From an uncultured Alphaproteobacteria bacterium (GTDB lineage Bacteria; Pseudomonadota; Alphaproteobacteria; RF32; CAG-239), in NCBI GenBank assembly GCA_944390915.1, contig CALXRS010000002.1, forward strand, positions 18,707 through 82,706: 64,000 bases of DNA, read 5' to 3'. Both the position numbers and the translations under genes were made by a program. Of this stretch, positions 8,525 through 17,682 are shown in pieces. The notes under the pieces were generated by a model. That model was not told the DNA's origin. It ran no database searches and worked only from the letters and a program-made list of their open reading frames with translations. Position 1 is the first letter of the stretch, and each line of letters begins with the position of its first letter.

Positions 8525-9331
8525 CTATTCGCCGGCTTTGGGGACCTTGCGCCCTTCTATATCCTTAAAATAGCGCACGCTGTCGGCTTTCAACTCGCTG
8601 GCCGCCGCCTCATCGCAGACAACAATGCCGTAGCGGTGCATCTGCAACATGCTCACCGGCCACATATGGTTAACCCCGCATTCGATGGCATGATGCATGG
8701 CCCGCGCCTTTTTGGCACCGGTGGCAATAATCATCACTTCTTCGGCATCCATAATGGTGCCGACGCCGACCGTCAGCGCCATGGTCGGCACCCTGCTTTC
8801 GTCGCCGTCAAAAAAGCGTGAATTGGCTTTGATGGTGTCGCGCGTCAGCGTCTTGACCCTGGTGCGCGAGGAAAGCGACGACGCCGGTTCGTTAAAAGCG
8901 ATATGCCCGTCTTCGCCGACCCCGCCGATAAACAGGTTAATTTTGCCGTATTTGCGGATTTTGTCTTCATATTCGGCGCATTCTTTGCCGAAATCGCGGG
9001 TCATGCCGTTCAAAAGGTTGATGTTTTCCGGCCGAATGTCTATATGGCGGAAAAAATTTTCCTCCATAAAATAATGGTAGCTTTGCGGGTGCGCCGGCGG
9101 CAGGCCGATATATTCGTCCATATTAAAAGTAACGACATCGGCAAAAGAGAGCCTTCCTTCCTTCACCATCTCTATCAGCAGCTTATACATGCCGAGCGGC
9201 GTGGAACCGGTGGGCAGACCGAGCACGAACGGCCTTTGCCGCGTGGGACGAAACGCTTTTATTTTATATGCCACATAGTTTGCCGCCCACAGGGAACAGT
9301 CGTCGTAGTTGTCCTTGATAATCACTCTCAT
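8525..9331 (-). CDS. nagB: Glucosamine-6-phosphate deaminase
   Basis: [11 protein letters not shown]..., [23 protein letters not shown]: the canonical NagB signature. Confidence 0.95.
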   Translation of the reverse strand: MRVIIKDNYDDCSLWAANYVAYKIKAFRPTRQRPFVLGLPTGSTPLGMYKLLIEMVKEGRLSFADVVTFNMDEYIGLPPAHPQSYHYFMEENFFRHIDIRPENINLLNGMTRDFGKECAEYEDKIRKYGKINLFIGGVGEDGHIAFNEPASSLSSRTRVKTLTRDTIKANSRFFDGDESRVPTMALTVGVGTIMDAEEVMIIATGAKKARAMHHAIECGVNHMWPVSMLQMHRYGIVVCDEAAASELKADSVRYFKDIEGRKVPKAGE

Positions 9332-10491
9332 GCTTGTTTCTCCCGTACAAATTTTCCGCCGACCATGGTGTCGACCAGGTTAAAGTTTTTATCCGTTATG
9401 TTCAAATCCGCCGCATAGCCGGGGATAAGCATTCCCCTCCCGCTTTGGCGCATAATCCGCGCTGGGTTGGCCGAGGCCATCCGCACCGCGTCTTCGGGGC
9501 TCACCCCGCAGGCAATCAGATTGCAAAAACCGTCGTGCATGGTAATACCCGAACCGATGATAACGTCGTCCGCCTTGCGCTTGAAGCATTTGTCAAAATA
9601 AAAATCGGCATCGGCCGGCGGCTCGGCATGGGCATATTTCAGCGCGTCCGTCACCAGCACCAGCTTGTCGGCCGTTTTGTTCTGCAGCAGCAGCTTAATC
9701 AGGTTCGGATTGGTGTGCACGCCGTCGCCGATAAACTCGCAGGAAATTTCCCGATGTATCAACCCCGCGCCGACCACCCCGGGCTCCCGATGATGCAGCG
9801 GCCGCATGGCGTTGAACATATGTGTCAGATGCATAATGTCGACCTGCATGCCTTCTATCATCTGCTCGTAAGTGGCATTGGTATGCCCGGCCTGCAAAAC
9901 AATCCCCTTTTCCAGACAGTAAAGAGCAAGCTCGCGCATGTTTTTCAGCTCGGGCGCTACCGTCATATTGATAATTTTGCCTTTGCCGGCTTTATAAATA
10001 CGCTCCATCAGCCGCATATCGACCGGCGACAGGCCTTCCGCCAGCTGGCCGCCGATACGCTCCGGCGACAAAAACGGCCCTTCCAGATGCAACCCCAGAA
10101 TTTTGGCGCCTTTTTCCTTGCTCATAGCCTTCAAAACCGCGTCAATTTTTTTCATCAACTCCTTTTCCGGCGTGGCGCTGATGGTGGGGATAAAGGCCGT
10201 AACTCCCTCGCCCGCCAGAAAATCCGACATGCCGAGAATGGCGCGATAATCGGCGTCGTCGGTGCTGAAACCGCCGCTGCCATGAATATGCGTGTCGATA
10301 AAACCGGGCAGAATATTTGCCCCGAGCATATCAATCACCCGCGTTTTGTCGGAAAAAATTTTTTGCCGAAACCGCCGTTCGTTGTAAACATCGGCGATTT
10401 TGCCATCTTTGATATAAACCGCGCAGTTTTTCATCACCGAAAAACCGGTATAAACGGTTGCATTGTGCAGACAGAAGGAACTTTCCGTCAT
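9328..10491 (-). CDS. nagA: N-acetylglucosamine-6-phosphate deacetylase
   Basis: Amidohydrolase fold with [16 protein letters not shown] and HMFNAM motifs. Overlaps nagB by 4 nt. Confidence 0.92.
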   Translation of the reverse strand: MTESSFCLHNATVYTGFSVMKNCAVYIKDGKIADVYNERRFRQKIFSDKTRVIDMLGANILPGFIDTHIHGSGGFSTDDADYRAILGMSDFLAGEGVTAFIPTISATPEKELMKKIDAVLKAMSKEKGAKILGLHLEGPFLSPERIGGQLAEGLSPVDMRLMERIYKAGKGKIINMTVAPELKNMRELALYCLEKGIVLQAGHTNATYEQMIEGMQVDIMHLTHMFNAMRPLHHREPGVVGAGLIHREISCEFIGDGVHTNPNLIKLLLQNKTADKLVLVTDALKYAHAEPPADADFYFDKCFKRKADDVIIGSGITMHDGFCNLIACGVSPEDAVRMASANPARIMRQSGRGMLIPGYAADLNITDKNFNLVDTMVGGKFVREKQA

Positions 10492-10563
10492 AAAAAACCT
10501 CCTTTGCCGATACGCCTTATTATGCCTGCCCGAAACATTTTTGTAAAGGGCAAAAGAAGGAAA

Positions 10564-10704
10564 TTAACGTTGTTTCTTTGATGCGCCGCAGAGCAAAAAT
10601 GACGGCAACGCCGACAAGCTTCTTTTGGGCGCGCCGTACTTCTTATCGCCCGTTGACAACAGCACTAGTGCAAGCGCCGACGTGATGAGATGTTTTAACT
10701 TCAT
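10564..10704 (-). pseudogene. 5' remnant of a paralog of the 10712..11620 gene (46-codon ORF keeping only the signal peptide)
   Basis: Translation: MKLKHLITSALALVLLSTGDKKYGAPKRS...*. The first ~19 aa and the 5' leader match the upstream gene (MRLKHIIMPALVLVLLSTGE). Similarity is lost after STG. Confidence 0.4.
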
Positions 10705-10728
10705 TTCTCAATTACTTTCGGTTGTTAT
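10646..10728. repeat. 83-bp direct repeat, copy 1 (paralog gene-junction cassette)
   Basis: My hand alignment against 11562..11644 gives 8 mismatches in 83 nt. The repeat covers the ...aacaaccgaaagTAA stop context, a 7-nt spacer, the ATG and the signal-peptide codons. Confidence 0.85.
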
Positions 10729-11620
10729 CGTTTTTTGCGGCCGGCGACAAACCAAAACGTTTTGAATTTTCACAGGAGTCGCCAAAAGAGATGCCGCTGT
10801 ACCACCGAAGACTGCTGAAGTTACTTCCGATCTTATCATAGATCTTTTGGGTCATGGATTCAATGTAGCCTACCCCTTCTACATACTTTAACTCATAAAG
10901 CCAATAATCTTTGCCGCCGTAATGCTCCAGATCATCATAATAACGATCATCACATTCATACATTATCCGCCCGGCTTCATTTTCAATCAGAAGACACTCC
11001 ACTTCGCCCACATCATATTGACTGTATTCAATAATCTTATCGGGATAAAGTCTTACCTCTTCACTTTTACCGGACCAGCAATATTCTCCGAATATGGGAT
11101 TCTTAAATTTATCCGTCTCGGCCGCCGGCGCATGCCGCCATTTCCTTTTTAACGGCGGCGGCATCATCGTTGCCCCGCAATCCGTCGTTTCCGCCGTCAG
11201 ATATCTGTCCAAAATGCCGTTGCTGCGGTGTAAAAAATCTTCATCCTTATATATTTTATATCTGTACCCGTCTCTCACCATTTCCGAACGAAGACGAACA
11301 CCGCATTTGCCGTCTTTGCCCAAACCTACGGAATATACATCAACCAAAAATTTTTGATCCCAACCCAATCGCTGACATTCGTAACGAACATGTGCCCCTT
11401 CGTCTTTACTCAAAACACATGTCCACTCACGGTTGTCATTGTGGGTTGGTTCATCACTGCATCGGATGCCGAATTCGTTCAGAGAACAGCACCCCATATA
11501 TCTGTTGGAACTGCACAGGCGGTTGTAAAAAAATTCATTCTTCAACCGCCGTGCCGAAACTTCGCCCGTTGACAACAGCACCAGCACAAGCGCCGGCATG
11601 ATGATATGTTTTAACCTCAT
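10712..11620 (-). CDS. Secreted Cys/Tyr/Asp-rich hypothetical protein with an internal two-fold repeat (302 aa)
   Basis: Signal peptide MRLKHIIMPALVLVLLSTGEVSA. The motif WTCVLSKDEGAHVRYEC (aa 66-82) recurs as VECLLIENEAGRIMYEC (aa 207-223). No family recognised. Confidence 0.65.
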   Translation of the reverse strand: MRLKHIIMPALVLVLLSTGEVSARRLKNEFFYNRLCSSNRYMGCCSLNEFGIRCSDEPTHNDNREWTCVLSKDEGAHVRYECQRLGWDQKFLVDVYSVGLGKDGKCGVRLRSEMVRDGYRYKIYKDEDFLHRSNGILDRYLTAETTDCGATMMPPPLKRKWRHAPAAETDKFKNPIFGEYCWSGKSEEVRLYPDKIIEYSQYDVGEVECLLIENEAGRIMYECDDRYYDDLEHYGGKDYWLYELKYVEGVGYIESMTQKIYDKIGSNFSSLRWYSGISFGDSCENSKRFGLSPAAKNDNNRK

Positions 11621-11644
11621 TTATCAATTACTTTCGGTTGTTAT
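11562..11644. repeat. 83-bp direct repeat, copy 2
   Basis: See copy 1. Beyond the start codon of the intact gene it also keeps ...aataacaaccgaaagTAAttgataaATG, which looks like the 3' end of a lost upstream paralog. Confidence 0.85.
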
Positions 11645-11686
11645 TTATTGAAATCATATACGACGTCGGCGCTTATGTCAACCGGA

Positions 11687-12328
11687 TTATCCTTTGCGCG
11701 GCCAATATTCCGTCTGCGGAAGATACGGCATATCAACCCCCTGCCTCATTTGCCGCAACAGATCATGCTTGTGCTTTTCCTGCAAATAAAGGTCATAAGC
11801 CAGCAGGCGATCTCTCGTCCAGCTGTTTCTTTCCGGCTGCACGCCGCCGCGGAAACTTTCCGCCGCCGCGTCGGCATATCGCCCGTCTTTGACAGCCCCG
11901 ATAAAATTGCGATATTTCTTAAATTTAGTGGCCCCCAGATTATAAGACATGTCAACCACGGTACCTTTCAACATCGGCGGCATCTCTTCCAGATCGGGAA
12001 AAATTTTCCGGGCGTCGTCAAGCGCTACATTGTAATCCAGGTTATATAAGCGCTCGGCTTCCGCATCGGAAATTCTGAGATCGGTGAGAGGCTCAAAATG
12101 TGATGCTTTATAATTTTCTCCGGCTTCCGTATCGATATTTTCCCGCATAATCCGATCGGCTTCTTCGTAGCTGACCCCGTTATTCCAACGAACGCGCCGG
12201 CGTTTTTCCGGATTTTGGATATTGGTGCCCCAACCGATTGTCCGATTGCCGACGGAGTCCAGATAGGGATAACTTGCAAAAAAAGCGGAAATTTTCTATT
12301 CCGCTTTTTGCAAATAATCACAACGCAT
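11687..12328 (-). pseudogene. GH24 (T4/P22-type) lysozyme-like ORF interrupted by an in-frame TAG at 12296-12298
   Basis: Track ORF 11687..12148 starts in mid-domain. The same frame stays open upstream and reads KISAFFASYPYLDSVGNRTIGWGTNIQNPEKRRRVRWNNGVSYEEADRIMREN... (YxD-x2-G-x2-TIGxG lysozyme motif). Later comes VDMSYNLGATKF...GRYADAAAE. Upstream of the TAG the frame reads MRCDYLQKAE, with its ATG at 12328. There is no ATG/GTG/TTG between the TAG and the motif. Confidence 0.55.
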
Positions 12329-12590
12329 TTTTTTCTTTTTTATCGATATTTTCTTCCGTTATGGGAACACAACCGGTTTCCCGGCTCCATGTCAGACAGT
12401 CCTGTCGGCATTCCTGCCGCTCTTCGTCCCACACGCCGCCGTCTTCGCTCAGGCAACGGCCTTTATCATCATTCAACAAAAAAACAACATAACATATTCC
12501 GGCAATCACCGCCAGCCCTGCCGTAAAACACAACAGCCTGAAAAGCAGAAATAAAAGCCGTCCTGTCTTTTGCAAATTAATATTTGTCAT
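12318..12590 (-). CDS. Small membrane-anchored protein with a Cys-containing ectodomain (90 aa)
   Basis: Track ORF. TM helix LLFLLFRLLCFTAGLAVIAGICYVVFLL, then DDKGRCLSEDGGVWDEERQECRQDCLTWSRETGCVP (4 Cys). Its 3' end overlaps the putative lysozyme ATG by 11 nt. Confidence 0.55.
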   Translation of the reverse strand: MTNINLQKTGRLLFLLFRLLCFTAGLAVIAGICYVVFLLNDDKGRCLSEDGGVWDEERQECRQDCLTWSRETGCVPITEENIDKKEKNAL

Positions 12591-12804
12591 TTATTCCCTT
12601 TACTCTGAAAGAATGACACGCCTCCCGTGAATCGGAATATAAACCGCTCTCGGCTCGCTGTCTACCTGTTTTGTTAACTTGCTTGTCGTGCCGGCGGCAC
12701 CCGCATCGCCCCTGCGCCGCTTCCGTCCCACACGCCGCCGCTCATACCGCCCGCCCCGACCACACACGCCCCGTTTTTTCTTCTCTGCAGGCAAAAAAGC
12801 GCAT

Positions 12805-12842
12805 AAAAAAGCAAAAGAGAGGGGCAAATGTTGCCCCTCTCT
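12805..12842 (-). terminator. Rho-independent terminator of the pyruvate:ferredoxin oxidoreductase gene
   Basis: On the - strand: agagaggggca-acatt-tgcccctctct followed by tttgctttttt, 26 nt after the stop. Confidence 0.7.
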
Positions 12843-12867
12843 TACTTGTCGGAATTACCTAAACAGC

Positions 12868-15800
12868 TTATTCCGCCGCCGAAGAATCAGCTTCTTCCTC
12901 GACTTTGTATTCCGCCATATGTTCAAGCAGACTGCGCTTTTCCTTAACGTTTTCCTGAGCCTTGTTAAGCAGGGTCTCATAACGTTCCGGATTCATCTTG
13001 TTGACGATTTGGAAACGCGTTTCGTTTGCCATATAGTCGGAAAGCGGACGGCTCGGAGCCTTCGAGTCAAGCATCAACGGCGCCTTACCTTCTCTGATAT
13101 TTTCCGGATTGTAGCGGAACAGCGGCCAGCTGCCGGTTTCCACCGCGTTCTTCTGGTGCTGCAAACCGTCCGCCAGGTTAAAGCCCTGGGCAATACAGTG
13201 CGAATAGGCAATGATCAGCGACGGACCGTCATAGGCTTCCGCCTCGTTCAAAGCCTTAATCGTCTGCATGTCATTGGCACCGACGGAAATCTGCGCCACA
13301 TAGACATTGCCGTAAGACATGGCAATCATGCCCAAATCTTTTTTCGGCAGAGCCTTGCCGGCGGTGGCAAATTTGGCCGAAGCGCCCATCGGGGTGGCTT
13401 TCGACTGTTGGCCGCCGGTGTTGGAATACACGCCCGTGTCCATCACCAGAATGTTGATGTTTTTACCCGACGCAATGGCATGATCCAAACCGCCGAAACC
13501 GATATCATAGGCCCAGCCGTCGCCGCCCAGAATCCACACCGATTTCTTAATCAGATAATCGGCCAGCTCATTCAGGTGTTTGGCTTCTTCGCCGTCAACC
13601 GATTTCAGTTTTTCGCGCAGAGCTTTAACATTGTCGCGCTGGGCGTCAATCTCCACATCGTTTGACTGCGGATTGTTCAAAATCTTTTCGACAAGTTCGC
13701 CGCCGATTTTGTCTTTCAGATTTTCAAGCAGCTGTTTGGCAAAGGCCGTTTGCTGATCAATCGAAAATCTCATGCCGAGACCAAACTCCGCATTGTCCTC
13801 AAACAACGAGTTTGCCCAGGCCGGTCCATGACCTTTTTCGTCTTTGGCATAAGGCGTGGTCGGCAGGTTGCCCGAATAAATCGAAGAGCAGCCGGTCGCA
13901 TTGGCCACCACCATCCGATCGCCGAACAACTGGGTTAAAAGTTTGACATAAGGCGTTTCGCCGCAGCCGGCACAGGCGCCCGAAAATTCAAACAGCGGAC
14001 GAATCATCTGCGTGGTCTTCGGCAGGTTTTTGGCCACTTCCGTACGTTTTACGTAAGGCAGAGTTTCAAAGAAATTCCAGCAGGCAACCTGTTCTTCCAG
14101 ATGTTTTTCGATATGGTCCATATTGATGGCCTTTTTGTCCGGTTCGGCTTTGTTTTTCGCCGGGCAGGCGGAAACGCAGATGCCGCAACCGGTGCAGTCT
14201 TCCGGCGACATTTGCCAGATGAACCGTTTGCCGGCAAATTCCTTGCCTTTGTAGGCGGCGGACTTAAAGCCGGCCGGCGCGTTTTTCAGCTCTTCTTCGG
14301 AAGCAATCTTCATCCGGATAACGCCGTGCGGGCAAACCAGCGAACATTTGCCGCACTGGATGCAGGTATCGGCGTCCCAAACCGGAATTTCGGTTGCAAT
14401 GCAGCGTTTTTCATACTGGGTTGTACCGGTCGGCCAGGTGCCGTCGGCCACTTCCGCAAAAGCGGAAACGGGCAGTTCGTTGCCGCGGTCGGCAATCAGC
14501 TCGGCCGTCAGTTTTTTAACAAATTCCGGAGCATCGGCCGGCACCGGCGCCTGACGACGGAAGGTCGAGGTCACCGACGACGGATATTCCACTTTGTGCA
14601 GATGTGCAAGCGAGGCGTCAACGGCGGCAAAGTTCTTTTGCACGATGGCATCGCCCTTCTTGCTGTAGGTTTTCTTAATGGCATTCTTAATCTGCGCAAT
14701 GGCTTCGTCTTTCGGCAAAATGTTGGAAATGGCGAAGAAACAGGTCTGCATAACCGTGTTGATGCGCTGTCCCATACCGGTTTCGCGGGCAACTTCCACC
14801 GCGTTGATGCTGTAGAAATTGAGCTTTTTGGAAATAATCTCTTCCTGCACTTCAACCGGCAGATGGTTCCACACTTCGGCGGCATCATACGGCGCGTTCA
14901 ACAGGAAAGTGGCGCCCGGTTTGGCAATTTTCAAGATATCCACCTTGTTCATGAAGGGGAACTGGTGGCAGGCCACAAAATCCGCTTTGTTAATCAGATA
15001 GGCCGATTTAATCGGATTGTCCGAAAAACGCAGGTGCGACGTGGTCATCGAACCGGACTTGCGGGAGTCGTAAACAAAATAGCCCTGTCCGTATTTGCCG
15101 GCGTCTTCGGCAATAATCTTAATCGAGTTTTTGTTGGCGCCGACCGTGCCGTCCGCACCCAAACCGAAAAACACGGCGCGGACAACGTCTTTGGGTTCGG
15201 TGTCGATCGAGTCGTCAAACGCCAGCGATTTGTGGGTGACGTCATCGGTAATGCCGACCGAAAAACCGTTGATCGGCTGTGCGGCAAAACCGTTGTCGTA
15301 AACGGCCTTGACCATGCCCGGCGTAAATTCTTTGGACGACAGCCCGTAGCGGCCGCCGACGATTTTCGGCATATTGGCAATTTCGCCGTTGGCAAAAGCC
15401 TGGGTCAACGTGGCAACCACGTCAAGATAGAGCGGTTCGCCGATCGAGCCGGATTCCTTGGTGCGGTCGAGCACGGAAACGACTTTGACCGTGGCCGGCA
15501 AAACTTTCAGGAAAGATTTTTCCGGGAACGGACGATAGAGATGAACTTTCAAAACGCCGAGCTTGGAACCTTTGGCATTGAGATAGTCGATCGTTTCTTC
15601 AACCGTTTCGCCGCCCGAGCCCATAATCACGATAACCTGGTCGGCATCGGCTGCGCCGTAGTAGTCGACCACATGATACTGGCGGCCGGAAATTTTTGCA
15701 AACTTGTCCATCTCTTCCTGAACAATGCCCTCAACTTTGTTGTAATAGGAATTGCAGGCCTCGCGTCCCTGGAAGAACACATCCGGGTTCTGCGCCGTAC

Positions 15801-16452
15801 CGCGGATAACTGGAGCTTCCGGCCTGAGGGCGTGTTTGGCGTTGAAAGCATAGTCCACGCCTTCAAGCATAGCCCGCAGATCGTCATCGGAAAGCACTTT
15901 GATTTTTTTGATTTCGTGCGAGGTGCGGAAACCGTCGAAGAAATGCAGGAACGGCACGCGCGAACGCAAAGTGGAGGTCTGCGCGATGGCCGCCATGTCG
16001 TGGGCTTCCTGCACCGAATTGGAGGCCAGCATGGCAAAACCCGTCTGGCGGCAACCCATAACGTCGGTGTGGTCACCGAAAATCGACAACGCATGGTAGG
16101 CCAGCGAACGCGCCGCCACATGCATCACGAAAGGCGACAGCTCGCCGGCGATTTTGTACATATTGGGGATCATCAGGAGCAGCCCCTGAGAAGCGGTAAA
16201 GGTGGTGGTCAGCGCACCGGCCTGAATGGAACCGTGGCAGGCACCGGCAGCGCCGGCTTCGGACTGCATTTCCTGAACTTCGGGCACAACGCCCCACAGG
16301 TTTTTCTGTTTGGCGGCAGACCAGGCGTCGGCCCATTCGCCCATCGGCGACGACGGGGTAATCGGGTAGATGACGCAGACTTCGTTCATACGATGGGCAA
16401 CGGAGGCTGCGGCCTCGTTGCCGTCCATCATTTTCATTTTCACTTCTGACAT
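12868..16452 (-). CDS. nifJ: Pyruvate:ferredoxin (flavodoxin) oxidoreductase, single-chain form
   Basis: 1194 aa. Two ferredoxin-type clusters (CIQCGKCSLVCPH, CTGCGICVSACP), a TPP-binding region (GGDGWAYDIGFGGLDH), and an N-terminus MDGNEAAASVAHRMNEVCVIYPITPSSPMGEW. Confidence 0.97.
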   Translation of the reverse strand: MSEVKMKMMDGNEAAASVAHRMNEVCVIYPITPSSPMGEWADAWSAAKQKNLWGVVPEVQEMQSEAGAAGACHGSIQAGALTTTFTASQGLLLMIPNMYKIAGELSPFVMHVAARSLAYHALSIFGDHTDVMGCRQTGFAMLASNSVQEAHDMAAIAQTSTLRSRVPFLHFFDGFRTSHEIKKIKVLSDDDLRAMLEGVDYAFNAKHALRPEAPVIRGTAQNPDVFFQGREACNSYYNKVEGIVQEEMDKFAKISGRQYHVVDYYGAADADQVIVIMGSGGETVEETIDYLNAKGSKLGVLKVHLYRPFPEKSFLKVLPATVKVVSVLDRTKESGSIGEPLYLDVVATLTQAFANGEIANMPKIVGGRYGLSSKEFTPGMVKAVYDNGFAAQPINGFSVGITDDVTHKSLAFDDSIDTEPKDVVRAVFFGLGADGTVGANKNSIKIIAEDAGKYGQGYFVYDSRKSGSMTTSHLRFSDNPIKSAYLINKADFVACHQFPFMNKVDILKIAKPGATFLLNAPYDAAEVWNHLPVEVQEEIISKKLNFYSINAVEVARETGMGQRINTVMQTCFFAISNILPKDEAIAQIKNAIKKTYSKKGDAIVQKNFAAVDASLAHLHKVEYPSSVTSTFRRQAPVPADAPEFVKKLTAELIADRGNELPVSAFAEVADGTWPTGTTQYEKRCIATEIPVWDADTCIQCGKCSLVCPHGVIRMKIASEEELKNAPAGFKSAAYKGKEFAGKRFIWQMSPEDCTGCGICVSACPAKNKAEPDKKAINMDHIEKHLEEQVACWNFFETLPYVKRTEVAKNLPKTTQMIRPLFEFSGACAGCGETPYVKLLTQLFGDRMVVANATGCSSIYSGNLPTTPYAKDEKGHGPAWANSLFEDNAEFGLGMRFSIDQQTAFAKQLLENLKDKIGGELVEKILNNPQSNDVEIDAQRDNVKALREKLKSVDGEEAKHLNELADYLIKKSVWILGGDGWAYDIGFGGLDHAIASGKNINILVMDTGVYSNTGGQQSKATPMGASAKFATAGKALPKKDLGMIAMSYGNVYVAQISVGANDMQTIKALNEAEAYDGPSLIIAYSHCIAQGFNLADGLQHQKNAVETGSWPLFRYNPENIREGKAPLMLDSKAPSRPLSDYMANETRFQIVNKMNPERYETLLNKAQENVKEKRSLLEHMAEYKVEEEADSSAAE

Positions 16453-16577
16453 ATCTTTTCCTTGTTAATGTTAAGCCGAGTAGAAAAAAAATTCTGCCGT
16501 TTCTATAGCACGGCAAAACGCAAAAATCCATCAAAAAATAACAGTTTTAAAGATATTTTTGCTTATTAACCTTATCT

Positions 16578-16606
16578 TTGCAAAATTCTGTTAAAGTTTG
16601 ATAAAT
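16578..16606 (+). promoter_or_regulatory. Candidate sigma-70-like promoter
   Basis: TTGCAA (16578-16583), 17-nt spacer, ATAAAT (16601-16606), upstream of the lipoprotein gene. Pattern match only. Confidence 0.3.
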
Positions 16607-16630
16607 AACAATTCAACCACCGAGGAAAAC

Positions 16631-16939
16631 ATGACATTGAAAATACTGGTCGCAACGGCCGTTTTATTGACCGCCGGCTGCACCGCGACAACCGCGGACA
16701 AAACCCCGCAGACTGAGAGCGGCAAACTCAACTCCTGCATGTTAAGCGAAATTTACGACCGCCGCGACAAAGGCAGCCTGCCCGCCGACGAATGGACCGC
16801 CGCGGCGGAAATTCTCAACACCTGCCTGAACCGCCTCGACATGCGGGAAAATCTGGCCGACCGTTCGCGCAGCATCAACATCGCCGCCAGTGTCATCCGC
16901 TCGCTGCAGGCGCCCTTCCCCGCCCGCGAAAAAGAATAG
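16631..16939 (+). CDS. Small lipoprotein (102 aa)
   Basis: The ATG at 16631 is preceded by GAGGA. Lipobox LLTAG|C in MTLKILVATAVLLTAGCTATTADK. Confidence 0.65.
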   Translation: MTLKILVATAVLLTAGCTATTADKTPQTESGKLNSCMLSEIYDRRDKGSLPADEWTAAAEILNTCLNRLDMRENLADRSRSINIAASVIRSLQAPFPAREKE

Positions 16940-16950
16940 GCGCAGCGAAA

Positions 16951-17682
16951 ATGGCCGGTTTCAGCGAAGATTATCTGCTCAACCGCAGGGTGCGCCTTTT
17001 TCAACCCGACGACGGCTACCGCGCGGCCGTTGACGCGGTGTTTCTGTCGGCGTTCGTCAACAGTGCGACGGCCGGCGAAAAAATACTTGACGTCGGTTCG
17101 GGCACCGGCGCCGTCTCTCTCTGTCTGGCTCATCGTTTTCCCGAATGCGACATTACCGGGCTTGAAATTCAGCCCCGACTGGTGGAGCTTTCCGCCCGAA
17201 GTGCCGCCGCCAACGGCTTTGCCAACCTGAGATACGTCAACTGCGACATCGGCAAACCCCTGCCGGGCATTGCCAACTGCAGCTTTCATCATGTCGTCAC
17301 CAATCCGCCTTACGGCAGCGGCGCCATGCCTTCGCCCAACCGCAGCAAAGCCGCCGCGCACGATTTCAGCGGTCTCGATCTGCCGGGCTGGATTGCCTTC
17401 TGCTTAAAAATGATGCGCCCAAAAGGCTGGCTTTACATGATAAACAAAACCGACGCTCTCGACACCATCCTCGCCTGCCTGCACGGCAAAACCGGCGCCA
17501 TTACCGTTTTTCCCCTGTATTCCAAGGCAAAACAGGCTACCGGCCGAGTTTTGGTACGCGCCCGCAAAGACAGCCGACAACCGACGGAAATTTTGCCGGG
17601 GCTGGTCGTTCACGATGACGACGGCAGCTACACCGACGCCGCGGAACGCATCCTTCGGCACGGCGAAAGCCTGATATTCTAA
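16951..17682 (+). CDS. SAM-dependent N6-adenine-type methyltransferase (TrmN6/YfiC-like)
   Basis: Internal ATG at 16951 (MAGFSEDYLLNRRVRLFQPDDGYR). SAM motif ILDVGSGTGAVSL and catalytic motif VVTNPPY. Confidence 0.8.
   Translation: MAGFSEDYLLNRRVRLFQPDDGYRAAVDAVFLSAFVNSATAGEKILDVGSGTGAVSLCLAHRFPECDITGLEIQPRLVELSARSAAANGFANLRYVNCDIGKPLPGIANCSFHHVVTNPPYGSGAMPSPNRSKAAAHDFSGLDLPGWIAFCLKMMRPKGWLYMINKTDALDTILACLHGKTGAITVFPLYSKAKQATGRVLVRARKDSRQPTEILPGLVVHDDDGSYTDAAERILRHGESLIF

Noticed and set aside
7181-8821. 546-aa + strand ORF spanning ftsY, mtaB and nagB in antisense
   Set aside because: It crosses three well-supported - strand genes and an intergenic region. The Arg/Phe/Gln-rich composition is typical of antisense translation.
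9334-10581. 415-aa + strand ORF opposite nagA
   Set aside because: Antisense to a gene with clear amidohydrolase motifs. No domain signature of its own.
10500-12600. Possible prophage remnant, suggested by the lysozyme-like ORF
   Set aside because: No capsid, tail, terminase, integrase or holin-like genes are recognisable, and no att-like flanking repeats. A single degraded lysozyme is not enough, so I kept it as an effector/immunity or lysis-remnant hypothesis only.
14101-16449. 782-aa + strand ORF, plus the 12679..13665 + ORF, opposite the pyruvate:ferredoxin oxidoreductase gene
   Set aside because: These are antisense shadows of a gene with unmistakable motifs. The translations are Gly/Arg/Phe/Val-rich low-complexity sequence with no recognisable domains.
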